From positions 8,943-72,942 of the forward strand of contig JANRLJ010000218.1 in the NCBI GenBank assembly GCA_033762735.1: 64,000 nt of DNA, given 5' to 3'. Of the stretch, positions 28,626 to 38,544 are shown in pieces. The notes below the pieces were generated by a model. The model had not been told where the DNA came from and did no database searches. It was given only the letters and a program-made list of their open reading frames with translations. Each line of letters starts with the position of its first letter. Within the stretch, counting starts at the first letter, position 1. Origin of the DNA: a bacterium. Lineage in GTDB: Bacteria > Chloroflexota > Anaerolineae > Aggregatilineales > Phototrophicaceae. The translations under genes and the position numbers were made by a program.

Positions 28626-30294
28626 AGAACACCCTCCGTCCGGCGATACGGTTCTGGAACAGCGTCAGCACCAGGATGACGCCGAACAACACGAACGCCA
28701 TCGCCGAGCCATACGCATAATTCGTGTTGGACTGGGTGATTTCTTCAAAGATGTAGACGTTGATGGTATCGACCGCCTGATACGCGCCCGCCCGCCGCAT
28801 CAGATAAATCTGTGTGAAGGCCTGGAAAGTGCCAATCGTCGCCACCAGAACCAGGAAGAACGTCGTCGGGCTGAGCAGTGGGAGCGTGATACTGCGGAAG
28901 GCCTGCCAGTTATTCGCGCCGTCGATTCTGGCCGCTTCGTACAGTTCCTTCGGGATATTGCCCAGCCCGGCCAGGAAGATGACCGTGCTGTACCCGGCAT
29001 ATGTCCAGGTGTTGTAGATCATGATGACGACCAGCGCCAGCCCCGGCCCGGCGGCCCAGTCGGGAAGCTGCCGCCCCAGGAGAATCTCGAACAGGCCGTT
29101 GGGTTCCAGCAGCCAGCGCTGCGGCTCAAGGCCAAGCGTGGTCAGGAACTGGTTCGCCAGGGCGCTCTCACGATGCGAGAACAGGATGGTATAGATCAGC
29201 GACGTGGCCGCAAACGGCGTAATGTAGGGCAGGAAGTAGACAATGCGGAAGAACGCCCGCCCTTTGATGTTCTGGAACAGCAGCACGGCCAGCCCCAGCC
29301 CAATCGCCAGTTGAAACGGCACCGTCCCCAGCGAGTACATCACCGTGACGCTGAAGCCGTTCAGCACATCCGAATCGGCGCTGCCCAGCGTACGCGGAAG
29401 CTGTGTGATGAGGAAATAACCGCCGATCACCAGGGCAATCGCCGCCAGCGCATAGAAGATCAGGCGGCGGTTTTCTTCCGCCTTGAGCGCGCGTCCCCAC
29501 GCCGCATAAGCCAGCAGGAGAAGCCCGACTCCCGCGCTGATGAGGATGATGTACGTCCAGATCGGCAGCGGTGTCCCGGCGGCCTGTGCGTCGGTGATGG
29601 CCGTATTGATTTCGGCCAGCGTCAGCCGCAGCAGCAGCGCACCGGACGCAGTCGCCAGTGTGCCGAGCCAGCCGAGCACGGCGACGTGTGGCCCTTCCTT
29701 TGATTTCAGCAGGGTTCGGATCAGCAGCCACATCCCCACCGTGACGAGAATACCAAGCCACATCACGTTCGCCGCGTCCAGCACAGGCGGGAAGCGGAAG
29801 CTGCCGAAGAATTCGCCGATGAAGATGTCGCGGGTGACGGTCGTCCCGCGCAGCCGCACGGGGATGTTCAGCACTTCCGGCAGCAGCAGGAAGAACCAGC
29901 GCACCACCAGCAGGGTCGCGCCCGCCGCCAGCGCACCGGGCAGCAGATACAGCAGGCTGCGCGGCTCACTGCGTCCGGGAGTACGTGCCCGCCACACCGT
30001 CATCAGACCAAAGACCACCGCCCCAATCGCCAGCCAGAAGAAGACCACCAGCGCGAAGCTGCCAAGCGCCTCCACGTAGCTGTCCAGCCCGCGATATTCT
30101 TCCGGAAAGCGCCGCCAACGGTGCAGGCTCACGAAGAACGCGAAGCCCACCGGGAAGATGCCAAAGATAAAGATAATCAGCAGCGCGGGGGTCAGGAACG
30201 CATAGGCGGTCAGGTTTTCGAGGATGACGCGCCCCCGGCTCGATTCAAACAAGCCCCGGCGCGGCGTTGGCTGGAGGGTTGTACTCGCCATCAA
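28618..30294 (-). CDS. Carbohydrate ABC transporter permease (MalF-like, extended N-terminus)
   Basis: EAA loop (EAARIDGANNWQAF). It overlaps the downstream permease gene by 8 nt. Confidence 0.7.
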   Translation of the reverse strand: MMASTTLQPTPRRGLFESSRGRVILENLTAYAFLTPALLIIFIFGIFPVGFAFFVSLHRWRRFPEEYRGLDSYVEALGSFALVVFFWLAIGAVVFGLMTVWRARTPGRSEPRSLLYLLPGALAAGATLLVVRWFFLLLPEVLNIPVRLRGTTVTRDIFIGEFFGSFRFPPVLDAANVMWLGILVTVGMWLLIRTLLKSKEGPHVAVLGWLGTLATASGALLLRLTLAEINTAITDAQAAGTPLPIWTYIILISAGVGLLLLAYAAWGRALKAEENRRLIFYALAAIALVIGGYFLITQLPRTLGSADSDVLNGFSVTVMYSLGTVPFQLAIGLGLAVLLFQNIKGRAFFRIVYFLPYITPFAATSLIYTILFSHRESALANQFLTTLGLEPQRWLLEPNGLFEILLGRQLPDWAAGPGLALVVIMIYNTWTYAGYSTVIFLAGLGNIPKELYEAARIDGANNWQAFRSITLPLLSPTTFFLVLVATIGTFQAFTQIYLMRRAGAYQAVDTINVYIFEEITQSNTNYAYGSAMAFVLFGVILVLTLFQNRIAGRRVFYG

Positions 30295-30633
30295 TCACCG
30301 TCTCAATCTAACGCTCAGGCCGTATTGTACCGACTTGCCCGGTGAATTCAACGCGGGTGGCGAAGATTTGGCGGGGACTTAGTGCGCTCTTAATAGTGCT
30401 TAACAGTTGAGGGAAGCTGTGTTAAAAAAAATTGCAGTTAGGTTAAATCCCCCTAAAGTCTGAGGGGATGTGGCGTTTGTGCTGATTGTCTAACAGAAAA
30501 TTGCGGTAAAATTTAGTCTATCAAAACGATAAGTACACGCAAATTCAAAGCTTGAGGTGATAAGCCCGTGTTTCAGTTCAAAAACTCATTGCTCATCGCT
30601 CATCGCTTCTTTTACTGTACTTAACAAACGCGC

Positions 30634-31134
30634 ATGTCCACCTTCTTTGCCATTCTCACCATCCTCAGCGTCCTCTATTTTCTGGGCAGCATTCTGTTGG
30701 GCGACCTGTTTGAGTCCGCCGGAATCGAAGTGGGCGACAGCGAATTGAGCCTGACCGTCGTAGCGGCCTTCCAGGCCGTGTTCGGCGCGGTTGGGTTAAT
30801 CGGTGTGCGCGCGGACTGGAACCTGTGGCTGACGCTGGCAATTGCCGCCGCGAGCGGGGTGCTGATGGGGCGTGTGGTGATGCTCGTGCTGCGCACCGTG
30901 CTGCGGCAGCAGTCCACCGACGTCACACACAAAGCCGATCTGATCGGCCACAGCGGGCGTGTCACGATTAATTCCCCTGCCGGGACGACGGGCGAAATTA
31001 TGGTGGATGACGGCGGCTATGTGGGCAAGCTGGCCGTCAAGGAAATCAATGACGCGGAACTCCAGCGCGGGGATACGGTCGAGATCTTGGATGAGCAGGG
31101 CGGCGTGTTTCTGGTCAAGAAGAAGCGGGGGTAA
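30634..31134 (+). CDS. NfeD family membrane protein
   Basis: N-terminal TM helices and a C-terminal OB-like domain. It lies directly upstream of the flotillin gene, which is the classic pairing. Confidence 0.7.
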   Translation: MSTFFAILTILSVLYFLGSILLGDLFESAGIEVGDSELSLTVVAAFQAVFGAVGLIGVRADWNLWLTLAIAAASGVLMGRVVMLVLRTVLRQQSTDVTHKADLIGHSGRVTINSPAGTTGEIMVDDGGYVGKLAVKEINDAELQRGDTVEILDEQGGVFLVKKKRG

Positions 31135-31252
31135 AAGTCCTCATCTTTTAGACGTAGGGACGGGGCATACCCTGTCCACAGACACACCGATCACAGCGGA
31201 GACAAGCGAACAACACGTAACCATAAATCGTTACGGAGCAAAGGAGTATTCA

Positions 31253-32749
31253 ATGGACATTCTTATTCTGTTAGGGGTCGTGCTGGTCGTCATCATCGGG
31301 CTTGTCCTGATAATCGCGGCCAATTACCACCGCGTCCCGCCCAGCCAGGTGATGGTGGTGTACGGGCGCAAGGATGCCCGGATGGTCACGAACGGCGGCG
31401 TGTTCGTCATCCCTATTCTGGAGACGTACAAAACGCTCGACATCACCATCATGACCATCAAGCAGGAAAAGGACGAGGTCTACACCGTCAGCGGCGTTCC
31501 CATCCGCCTGGATTGGGTGTCGCAGGTGCAGGTGGACAGCGAAGACAGTGCTATCCGCACTGCCGCCCGCGCCTTCCTGGATAAAACCCGCGAGGAAATC
31601 CGCACGATTATCACCGAGACGCTCAGCGCCAACTTCCGCGCCATCGTCGGTCAGCTTTCGGTAGAGAGCATCCACCGCGACCGCGATTCTTTTGTGCAAA
31701 AAGTGCAGGATCTGGCGCGGGATGACATGGCCTCGATGGGTGTGAAAATCCTCTCGATGGGCATTGAGGAAATTACCGACGACCAGGGCTATCTGACCGC
31801 GATGGCCGCGCCGCAGATCGCCGCCGTCAAGCGCGACGCGACCATTGCCGAGGCCGAGGCCGACCGCGAAGCCCGTGTGAAAGCGGCGGAAGCCCGGCGG
31901 CTGGCGGAACAGGCCGAACTGGAAGCGCAGCGCGAGATTTTGCAGCAGCGCGAGGCGCTCAGCATCCGCGAGGTGGAGGTGCAGAAGAAGGTTGGCCTCG
32001 CCAACGCCACCTCCGAGCAGGAAGTCCAGAAGCAGAAGGCGCTGGCGGTGGAGCAGCAGCAGGAAGCCGAAGTGCTGGTGCCCGCCCGTGCGCAGCGGCA
32101 GGCCAGCGAGATCAAAGCGGAAGCCGAACGCCGCCGCCTGACGATTGAGTCGGAAGGCAACGCGACCGCCATTCGCACCAAATCCGAGGCGGACGCACAG
32201 GCCACCGAGCAGAAAGGCCGGGCTGAGGCCGCCGCGTTCCAGGCACGCAAGGAAGCCGAGGCCGCCGGGCAGAAGGCCGAAGCCGAGGCGCTCAAAGCAC
32301 GGCTGCTGGCGGAAGCTGAAGGCCGCCGCGAGATCGCCGCTGCCACCGCCGCCGAGGGCGAGATCAACCTGCGCCAGTACCTCATCGAGCAGATCACGCA
32401 GGCCGACATCGCCAAAGTGCAGGCCATTGCCCAGGCGATGAGTGGGCTGGGCAACAATGTGCGCGTGGTGCAGATTGGCAATGGAGGGAGCAGCGGGAAC
32501 GGCGCGTCCAGCGGCAACACCTTTATGGATATGCTGATGAACATCCCCGAAGTGGCCGAAATCTTCCGCGCGAAGGTGGAAGCGCTGAGCGGTGAGGATT
32601 TGCTCACAACGGCGCGCCGCCTGAATGAGCTGTTCGAGGCGGTGCGCGGGAATGGCAGCGGGAACACACCCCTCCCAACACCGCCTGCTGTGACCGCTGA
32701 AGCGCAGACGCACGTGCCGCTCAGACCCGGCGACGATGACGGGAATTAA
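31253..32749 (+). CDS. Flotillin / SPFH (band 7) family protein
   Basis: The ATG at 31253 lies 6 nt after AAGGAG. An N-terminal TM is followed by an SPFH domain and a long Ala/Glu-rich coiled coil. Confidence 0.8.
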   Translation: MDILILLGVVLVVIIGLVLIIAANYHRVPPSQVMVVYGRKDARMVTNGGVFVIPILETYKTLDITIMTIKQEKDEVYTVSGVPIRLDWVSQVQVDSEDSAIRTAARAFLDKTREEIRTIITETLSANFRAIVGQLSVESIHRDRDSFVQKVQDLARDDMASMGVKILSMGIEEITDDQGYLTAMAAPQIAAVKRDATIAEAEADREARVKAAEARRLAEQAELEAQREILQQREALSIREVEVQKKVGLANATSEQEVQKQKALAVEQQQEAEVLVPARAQRQASEIKAEAERRRLTIESEGNATAIRTKSEADAQATEQKGRAEAAAFQARKEAEAAGQKAEAEALKARLLAEAEGRREIAAATAAEGEINLRQYLIEQITQADIAKVQAIAQAMSGLGNNVRVVQIGNGGSSGNGASSGNTFMDMLMNIPEVAEIFRAKVEALSGEDLLTTARRLNELFEAVRGNGSGNTPLPTPPAVTAEAQTHVPLRPGDDDGN

Positions 32750-33297
32750 GGAATTTCCGCTCCATAAGTGCTAAATCAATTTTCCTCGCAGGGGCATGGC
32801 GCACCATGTCCCTCCTATTTCCCTGATAGAATGAAAATCCCTTCCGAAATATTGAATGCAGGAGCATACGGAAAAGTGCAACATGCGTTCAATATCCCTC
32901 CGAATACTTGGCCTGATAATGTTATTTTGCCTCACTGCCTGTTATAGATTGCCATTTGTGCAATCACAGTTTCCTGATTGGATCGTTGCGATTGATATCT
33001 CACGAGCCAGTCAAGCAGGGTTTACCATTGAAATTGATGACAGCCTCGAATCGCTTGTACGCCTATACCTGGCTTATCAATGTGCCTTAACGTACTAAAT
33101 GGTGTATCCGGTAAGTCCTGATGACTTTCTGAGTGAACTTTGGTAGGGGCGACTCGGCGAGTCGCCCCTATAGAACACCTGAAATAAAGAGGTGGTTTTT
33201 TGGTGGATGCACCACTAACTTGGACTCCTCGTATTGAGCAATCAACCTGTTAAAATCCGCGCATTGAACAAGCATCAATACCAAAGGACTACGACCC

Positions 33298-34392
33298 ATG
33301 AATTTCGATTACGCAGCGCGGCAGGCCAGATTGCAGGCCATCCAGGGCGCGAAGGCCATTGCCCTCGTCCCCGGCGCGAATATGGTCTATTTTACCGGGC
33401 TGCATTTTCACCTCTCCGAGCGACCCACGATTGCGCTGTGGAGCGACGGTCAGCTCAGCTTCATCATCCCCGAACTGGAAGTGCCCAAGCTGCGCGAACG
33501 CCCCGACATCGAAGCGCGGGTGTTCGCCTGGAAGGACTCCAACGGATACGCCGCCGCCTTTGCCGAAGCCGCCCGTGAATTGAACCTGAGCGACGGCGCA
33601 CTCGGCGTGGATGGGCAGGCCATGCGCGTGTTCGAGAGTCAGGCGTTCGAGGCGGCAGGCGTGACGAAGGTCGCCAACATCGGGCAGGAGTTGCTCAAAA
33701 TCCGCGCGATCAAGACCCAGCAAGAAGTGGACGCGATGCGCGAGGCGATTCGCATCAGCGAGGCAGCGCTGGCAACGCTGATGACGTGGATTCAGCCGGG
33801 CATGAGCGAACGCGAGATCGGCGCACAGCTTTCCCGCCTGATGATGGAACATGGCAGCCAGGGCGTGACCTTCGAGCCGTTGATTCAGTCCGGCCCCAAC
33901 AGCGCCAACCCGCACGGTTTTATCACCGACCGTCAGGTGCAGGCTGATGAATTCCTGCTGATCGACTTCGGCGGGCGCTGGCAGGAATATCCGGCGGACA
34001 TCACCCGCACCGTCTGCCTGGGCGTCCCGACCGCTGAGATGCAGACCATTTACGACACGGTGCTGGCGGCGAATCAGGCGGCGCTGGCGGTGGCGAAACC
34101 GGGCGTGACCTGTGGCGAGGTCGATCAGGCCGCCCGCGCTGTGATCGAGGCGGCGGGCTATGGGCAGTATTTCATCCACCGCACCGGGCATGGGCTGGGG
34201 CTGGAAGGCCACGAACTGCCGCAGATCGCGGGCGGGGTGCAGGAGCCGCTGCAAACCGGGATGGTGTTTACTATCGAGCCGGGGATTTATGTGCCGGGGC
34301 TGGGCGGCGTCCGCATTGAGGACAACATCGTCGTGACCGAGAGCGGCGCAGAATCGCTCACGCAGTTCCCGCGCCAACTGACGACGCGGTAA
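33298..34392 (+). CDS. M24 family Xaa-Pro aminopeptidase
   Basis: Pita-bread fold metal ligands (DFGGRW, HRTGHGLGLEGHE, FTIEPGIY). Confidence 0.8.
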   Translation: MNFDYAARQARLQAIQGAKAIALVPGANMVYFTGLHFHLSERPTIALWSDGQLSFIIPELEVPKLRERPDIEARVFAWKDSNGYAAAFAEAARELNLSDGALGVDGQAMRVFESQAFEAAGVTKVANIGQELLKIRAIKTQQEVDAMREAIRISEAALATLMTWIQPGMSEREIGAQLSRLMMEHGSQGVTFEPLIQSGPNSANPHGFITDRQVQADEFLLIDFGGRWQEYPADITRTVCLGVPTAEMQTIYDTVLAANQAALAVAKPGVTCGEVDQAARAVIEAAGYGQYFIHRTGHGLGLEGHELPQIAGGVQEPLQTGMVFTIEPGIYVPGLGGVRIEDNIVVTESGAESLTQFPRQLTTR

Positions 34393-35375
34393 TGGATGGT
34401 CGCCTGATCTTTCACGGAATCGACGTTTCACATCAACGCCTGGTCGAGCTGACCTTACTTGCCGATCAGTGTAAACCGTTTTATGATTGGGTGGAACAAA
34501 TTTTCCAGCAGGAGCTTCGCTCCACGAAAGTGCTCGATCAGCTTTTGCAGACAGCATCGCTGCCCGATCTTCAAAACGCCCTGACGATGTGCTATACCGC
34601 CCGCGATGATCTGCCAAAGCTGTTTGACGGCTTAGGGCGCACCTACCCTCACACAAGAGCCTGCTACTATTTTTTTGCGTGGATGATTCGGGATGCGCCG
34701 CAGCAGCGTCTAGCGCCACTTATTCAGCGAATTGTCCGTCAGTCAGGGAAAAATCGGGTTGTCGTTGAAATTGAGGTTCTGGCATCGCTGATTTATGATT
34801 ATCGGGGAAATGTACGCTCTTTTGCCTGGGAAGCAGTCCGTGAAATTATCATCGACCGTCTGGAAGGTTCGCGGCGAAGCCTTAAAGGACACCAGAAAGA
34901 GGTGATCGTGCGAACGGCACTGCTGACCGCTTTCCAGACCTACTATGCACAATACCAGAACTACGGCATTTACGCAGATATCGCGATGACACAAAGCCAG
35001 ATGAAAGCGGGGAGCGAAACGGTAGATGTTGTTGCCCGCTTACTCGATAATGAGGGCAGGCAAGTTCGCAGGGTTTTAGTGCCGATCAAGACTCGTGAGA
35101 CGGAAGGGGGCGGTCATGCTCATCTTTTCAGCCGTGATCTTAGCGCCGCGCTTTCTACCATGCGAACAAGCAGCCCCAACGACTTCATCGCTGTTATTCT
35201 GGTGGCAAAGAACTGGTCGCCCCGTGAAGTGGAAGTACTGAGTGAACAGGTTGACCATCTTGCTTTTTTCGATCTGTCACCGGGTGAGTTTGTACACTTC
35301 CATGCCGTTGAGCAAGGACGGCTGAACACCTTTGTCGCTTCCATTCTTCAAGGAAATTTTGTGAAACGAGCCTGA
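34392..35375 (+). CDS. Hypothetical protein; candidate restriction endonuclease of an R-M cassette
   Basis: Its start overlaps the peptidase stop (TAATG) and its end lies 3 nt before the beta-class MTase start. The block is visibly lower in GC. I recognise no family. Confidence 0.4.
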   Translation: MDGRLIFHGIDVSHQRLVELTLLADQCKPFYDWVEQIFQQELRSTKVLDQLLQTASLPDLQNALTMCYTARDDLPKLFDGLGRTYPHTRACYYFFAWMIRDAPQQRLAPLIQRIVRQSGKNRVVVEIEVLASLIYDYRGNVRSFAWEAVREIIIDRLEGSRRSLKGHQKEVIVRTALLTAFQTYYAQYQNYGIYADIAMTQSQMKAGSETVDVVARLLDNEGRQVRRVLVPIKTRETEGGGHAHLFSRDLSAALSTMRTSSPNDFIAVILVAKNWSPREVEVLSEQVDHLAFFDLSPGEFVHFHAVEQGRLNTFVASILQGNFVKRA

Positions 35376-35378
35376 CGA

Positions 35379-36263
35379 ATGCACGAATCTGACGTTGATA
35401 GAGTTCTTCTGGGCGATAGTTGGGCGCTTTCTAAAACGCTTCCTTCGGAGGCGGTGCAGTGCATCGTCACCAGCCCACCTTACTTCGGCCACCGCAATTA
35501 CACCGGGTCAGATGCACTCAAACCGTTCGAGTTCGGCCAGGAAAAATCGCCTGCTGAATACGTGGAAAAGCTGCAAACGCTGTTCACCGAATTTAAGCGT
35601 GTGTTGAAACCGAATGGAACAGTATGGCTCAACCTGGGGGATAGCTACCGCGACCAGCAGTTACTCGGCATTCCCTGGCGTGTGGCACTGGCTTTGCAGG
35701 ATGCGGGCTACTACCTGCGCAGTGAAATTATCTGGCATAAACCCAACGCGATGCCCTCCTCCGTGAAAAACCGCCCAACCACTGCCCATGAGCACCTTTT
35801 TCTGCTGACGAGAAGCGATCAATACTATTACGATGCCGACGCAATCCGAGAGCCGCACGTCACCTTTTCGGAAAAATCGCGGATGCGAGGTGGGCGTGGT
35901 CACTTTGGGAAGCGCAACAGCACACCCGAAAACGGCAAGAATAAGCAAAATCCCAACCTCCACGATGGACGCTGGGATCAGGCCTTCCATCCTAATGGCA
36001 GGAACAAGCGCACCGTGTGGGAAATTCCGCTGGGGAAATTTCGGGAAGCGCACTTTGCCGTCTTCCCAGAGACATTGGTCGAAACCTGCCTGCTTGCCGG
36101 AAGTGCTGCTGGTGATTTGGTGCTTGATCCTTTTATGGGTTCGGGAACAACAGCGCTGGTTGCCAAAAGGCTGGGGCGCAACTTCCTGGGCATTGAACTC
36201 GTTCCTGAATATGCAGAAATGACGATGAGGCGCATTCGTGAAGTTCAGCCTGTTCTGCTTTAA
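35379..36263 (+). CDS. Beta-class N4-cytosine/N6-adenine DNA methyltransferase
   Basis: Motif IV (SPPY) at aa 32 and motif I (DPFMGSGTT) near the C-terminus, in the pfam N6_N4_Mtase order. Confidence 0.85.
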   Translation: MHESDVDRVLLGDSWALSKTLPSEAVQCIVTSPPYFGHRNYTGSDALKPFEFGQEKSPAEYVEKLQTLFTEFKRVLKPNGTVWLNLGDSYRDQQLLGIPWRVALALQDAGYYLRSEIIWHKPNAMPSSVKNRPTTAHEHLFLLTRSDQYYYDADAIREPHVTFSEKSRMRGGRGHFGKRNSTPENGKNKQNPNLHDGRWDQAFHPNGRNKRTVWEIPLGKFREAHFAVFPETLVETCLLAGSAAGDLVLDPFMGSGTTALVAKRLGRNFLGIELVPEYAEMTMRRIREVQPVLL

Positions 36264-37230
36264 CACGTTCGCCACTTTGATAATGGTTGTCCTCACAGGT
36301 GGTTTTAATGTAGAGGTTCAATCAGAAAATGTATTGCAGCCCCTCGCCACACTCGAAGGCCACATCGACCGGGTGAACGCGGTCGCTTTCTCGCCCGATG
36401 GAACGCTGCTGGTATCGGGCAGTGATGACGCCAGTGTGCGCCTGTGGGATGTGGCCGAACGTGCCGCGCTTGGTGAGTATTATGAGCACGCCTCCTTTGT
36501 GAAGGACATTGTCTTTGCAGAAGACGGCTTCTATTCCGCCTCGTGGGATCGCAGCGTCATCGAATGGCAGATGAGCGCGGAGGGTACGTCCCCCATCAAT
36601 ACGCTGTCCGGTTATCTGGGTGCGCTCGACCGACTCGCCTACCGCGACTCGCGGCTGGCGGTGGGCGTGGGCGATGGCAGTGTGCAGGTGGTGGATGCTG
36701 AAAGCCGCGAGACACTGCTTCGGATGCGGGTCGAGGGCGGCTTGCAGGTGACGGCGGTCGCGTTGAACGAGACACTGCTGGTGACGGCGGCGGGCTTCCC
36801 CGGCGAAGGGGCGCAGGTCTGGGATATCGAGACGGGCGACTCCGTGAGTGTGCTGCCCATCGAAGGCACGGTGACAAGCATCCTGTTTCTGGAGGATGCC
36901 CTACTCGCGCTGGCGACCGAACGCGGCGACGTGACCCTCTGGGATGTGAGCGACGCTGCTGTGCCCGTGCAGACAGGCTCATTCACGGTCGAAGGCTGGA
37001 TTACGTCGCTGGCGTATGAGTCTGAATCGGACATCCTCTGGCTCGGTCTGCTGGAAGGCCGAGTCGAGGGCTGGCGGCTTGAGAACGCGGAACGTACTGC
37101 CTCGTTTACTGCCCATGATGGCGCGGTGAATGACATCGCCATCACGACTGCTGTTGAACCGCCGCTGCTGGCGTCTGCCGGGGAGGATGGGCTGGTCAGG
37201 CTGTGGACGCTGCCGCCTGCCCAGCCATAG
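36238..37230 (+). CDS. WD40 repeat protein
   Basis: Repeated GH...SPDG...WD units. A GTG start overlaps the MTase 3' end; the true start is uncertain. Confidence 0.6.
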   Translation: MKFSLFCFNTFATLIMVVLTGGFNVEVQSENVLQPLATLEGHIDRVNAVAFSPDGTLLVSGSDDASVRLWDVAERAALGEYYEHASFVKDIVFAEDGFYSASWDRSVIEWQMSAEGTSPINTLSGYLGALDRLAYRDSRLAVGVGDGSVQVVDAESRETLLRMRVEGGLQVTAVALNETLLVTAAGFPGEGAQVWDIETGDSVSVLPIEGTVTSILFLEDALLALATERGDVTLWDVSDAAVPVQTGSFTVEGWITSLAYESESDILWLGLLEGRVEGWRLENAERTASFTAHDGAVNDIAITTAVEPPLLASAGEDGLVRLWTLPPAQP

Positions 37231-37393
37231 CATCGGCCAGGAAATCTGCTGTTACAGGGAGCATGGGACATCAGGCCATGCTCTTTTTACGCTCTTAAGT
37301 TAAATAGAACAATATTCATAATTTTTTTATAACAAATTCAGAGGTCTATCATCCAGTCTGAGGGGTCTTTTTGTATAATCCCCCTACATCTTA

Positions 37394-37933
37394 TTGTTAT
37401 CCCTTCACAATACAGAAAGCACAGCCTTGAAAACGTTAGCCCTCGATTCATCGTTCTCCGTTTACGGGCTGGTGAACCAATTCAGCATCCATAACATCAT
37501 CGCCAGCGATATCCGCCTCCTCACGCACTGGTCACATCAGATCGAAGTTCAGGCGCGTGAAAAAGCCCTTCCGGTCGATTTTTTCGCCGCCTTTCAACAA
37601 CTGCATCACTTCCTGTCCGTCAGCCAGCACTACCAGGCGTTAGCCGCCACTGCCCGCAGCGTGACGATTTTCGGCGAACCCGATGTTTTCGTGCCGTCGT
37701 ATGCCGGGATTCAGGTCGTCGCGTTACACCGTCATGCTGTGCTGGCGCGGGAATGGTTCGTGATCGCTGCGCATCCGACGTTTGCCCGTGCCGTCATCGC
37801 TCGCGAGACGACGCCGCCAGGTACGCCGCGCCAGAAGCGCCTGTTTGAAGGCATCCTGACGAGCGATCCCGCACTGGTGGATGAGGTCGCCCATGCCATT
37901 CAGGCGCATCTTGGGGCTGCCGCCACCTCCTGA
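37394..37933 (+). CDS. Hypothetical protein (possible sensory-associated partner of the BLUF gene)
   Basis: Co-oriented, 46 nt upstream of the BLUF gene. Start (TTG) is uncertain and I cannot place the family. Confidence 0.35.
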   Translation: MLSLHNTESTALKTLALDSSFSVYGLVNQFSIHNIIASDIRLLTHWSHQIEVQAREKALPVDFFAAFQQLHHFLSVSQHYQALAATARSVTIFGEPDVFVPSYAGIQVVALHRHAVLAREWFVIAAHPTFARAVIARETTPPGTPRQKRLFEGILTSDPALVDEVAHAIQAHLGAAATS

Positions 37934-37979
37934 CACTCATTTATCCAACCGTCATCACGTTGAACACTGGAGACACCCA

Positions 37980-38411
37980 ATGTTGATTCATCTGATTTAC
38001 GCCAGCACCGCCGCCCGCCCCATGAATGACGCTGAACTGCTCGCCCTGCTGCAAAAGTCGCGGACGAACAACGCGAAGCGCGGCATCCGGGGGATGCTGC
38101 TCTATCAGGACGGCAATTTTTTGCAGGTGCTGGAAGGCGAGGAAAGCGTCGTTACCGAAGTGTATGAGCGCATCGAGCAGGACCCGCGCCACTACGACGT
38201 GTCGCTGATTATGAAACGCCCGATCAGCGACCCGATGTTCGACGAATGGGAGATGGGCTTTACGAATCTGGATGCTGAAAAGGATGATTTGCAGGAGGTG
38301 CCCGGTTACACCGATTTCCTTGCACAGCCCTTTGACCCGGCGAAGCTGTCCGAAAATCCATCCAAAGCGTTCATCTTCCTGAACACGTTCCGGGCGTTTG
38401 GCCTGCGGTGA
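37980..38411 (+). CDS. BLUF domain photoreceptor (third paralogue)
   Basis: MLIHLIYAS, NNAKRGIRGMLLY and FLQVLEG motifs. The ATG is at 37980. Confidence 0.85.
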   Translation: MLIHLIYASTAARPMNDAELLALLQKSRTNNAKRGIRGMLLYQDGNFLQVLEGEESVVTEVYERIEQDPRHYDVSLIMKRPISDPMFDEWEMGFTNLDAEKDDLQEVPGYTDFLAQPFDPAKLSENPSKAFIFLNTFRAFGLR

Positions 38412-38544
38412 ATGAGATGATTGTCTGTTCGTAAGGACACGGCAGCCGTGTCCCTGCGACTTTATCCATTCATGAGTGGGGCGTGTATAGGCGTCTGCTT
38501 CACGTCCCCACTCAGTACTCATCACTCACTACTCGGTACTTTCT

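Noticed and set aside
33289-34719. 476-aa minus-strand ORF, and similar long antisense ORFs (5224..6027, 6352..7107, 8068..9027, 10686..11495, 12152..13504, 16146..17114, 17832..18506, 20115..21146, 22026..22844, 24140..24742, 26100..27161, 28534..29703, 31271..32713, 40931..41773, 43047..44758, 45675..46661, 46761..47768, 47779..49056, 54867..56543, 56898..57899, 58913..60061, 62684..63805)
   Set aside because: Each is the antisense of a gene with clear family-level motifs. GC-rich DNA generates long stop-free antisense frames, and their translations are Arg/Ala/Pro-rich with no recognisable domains.
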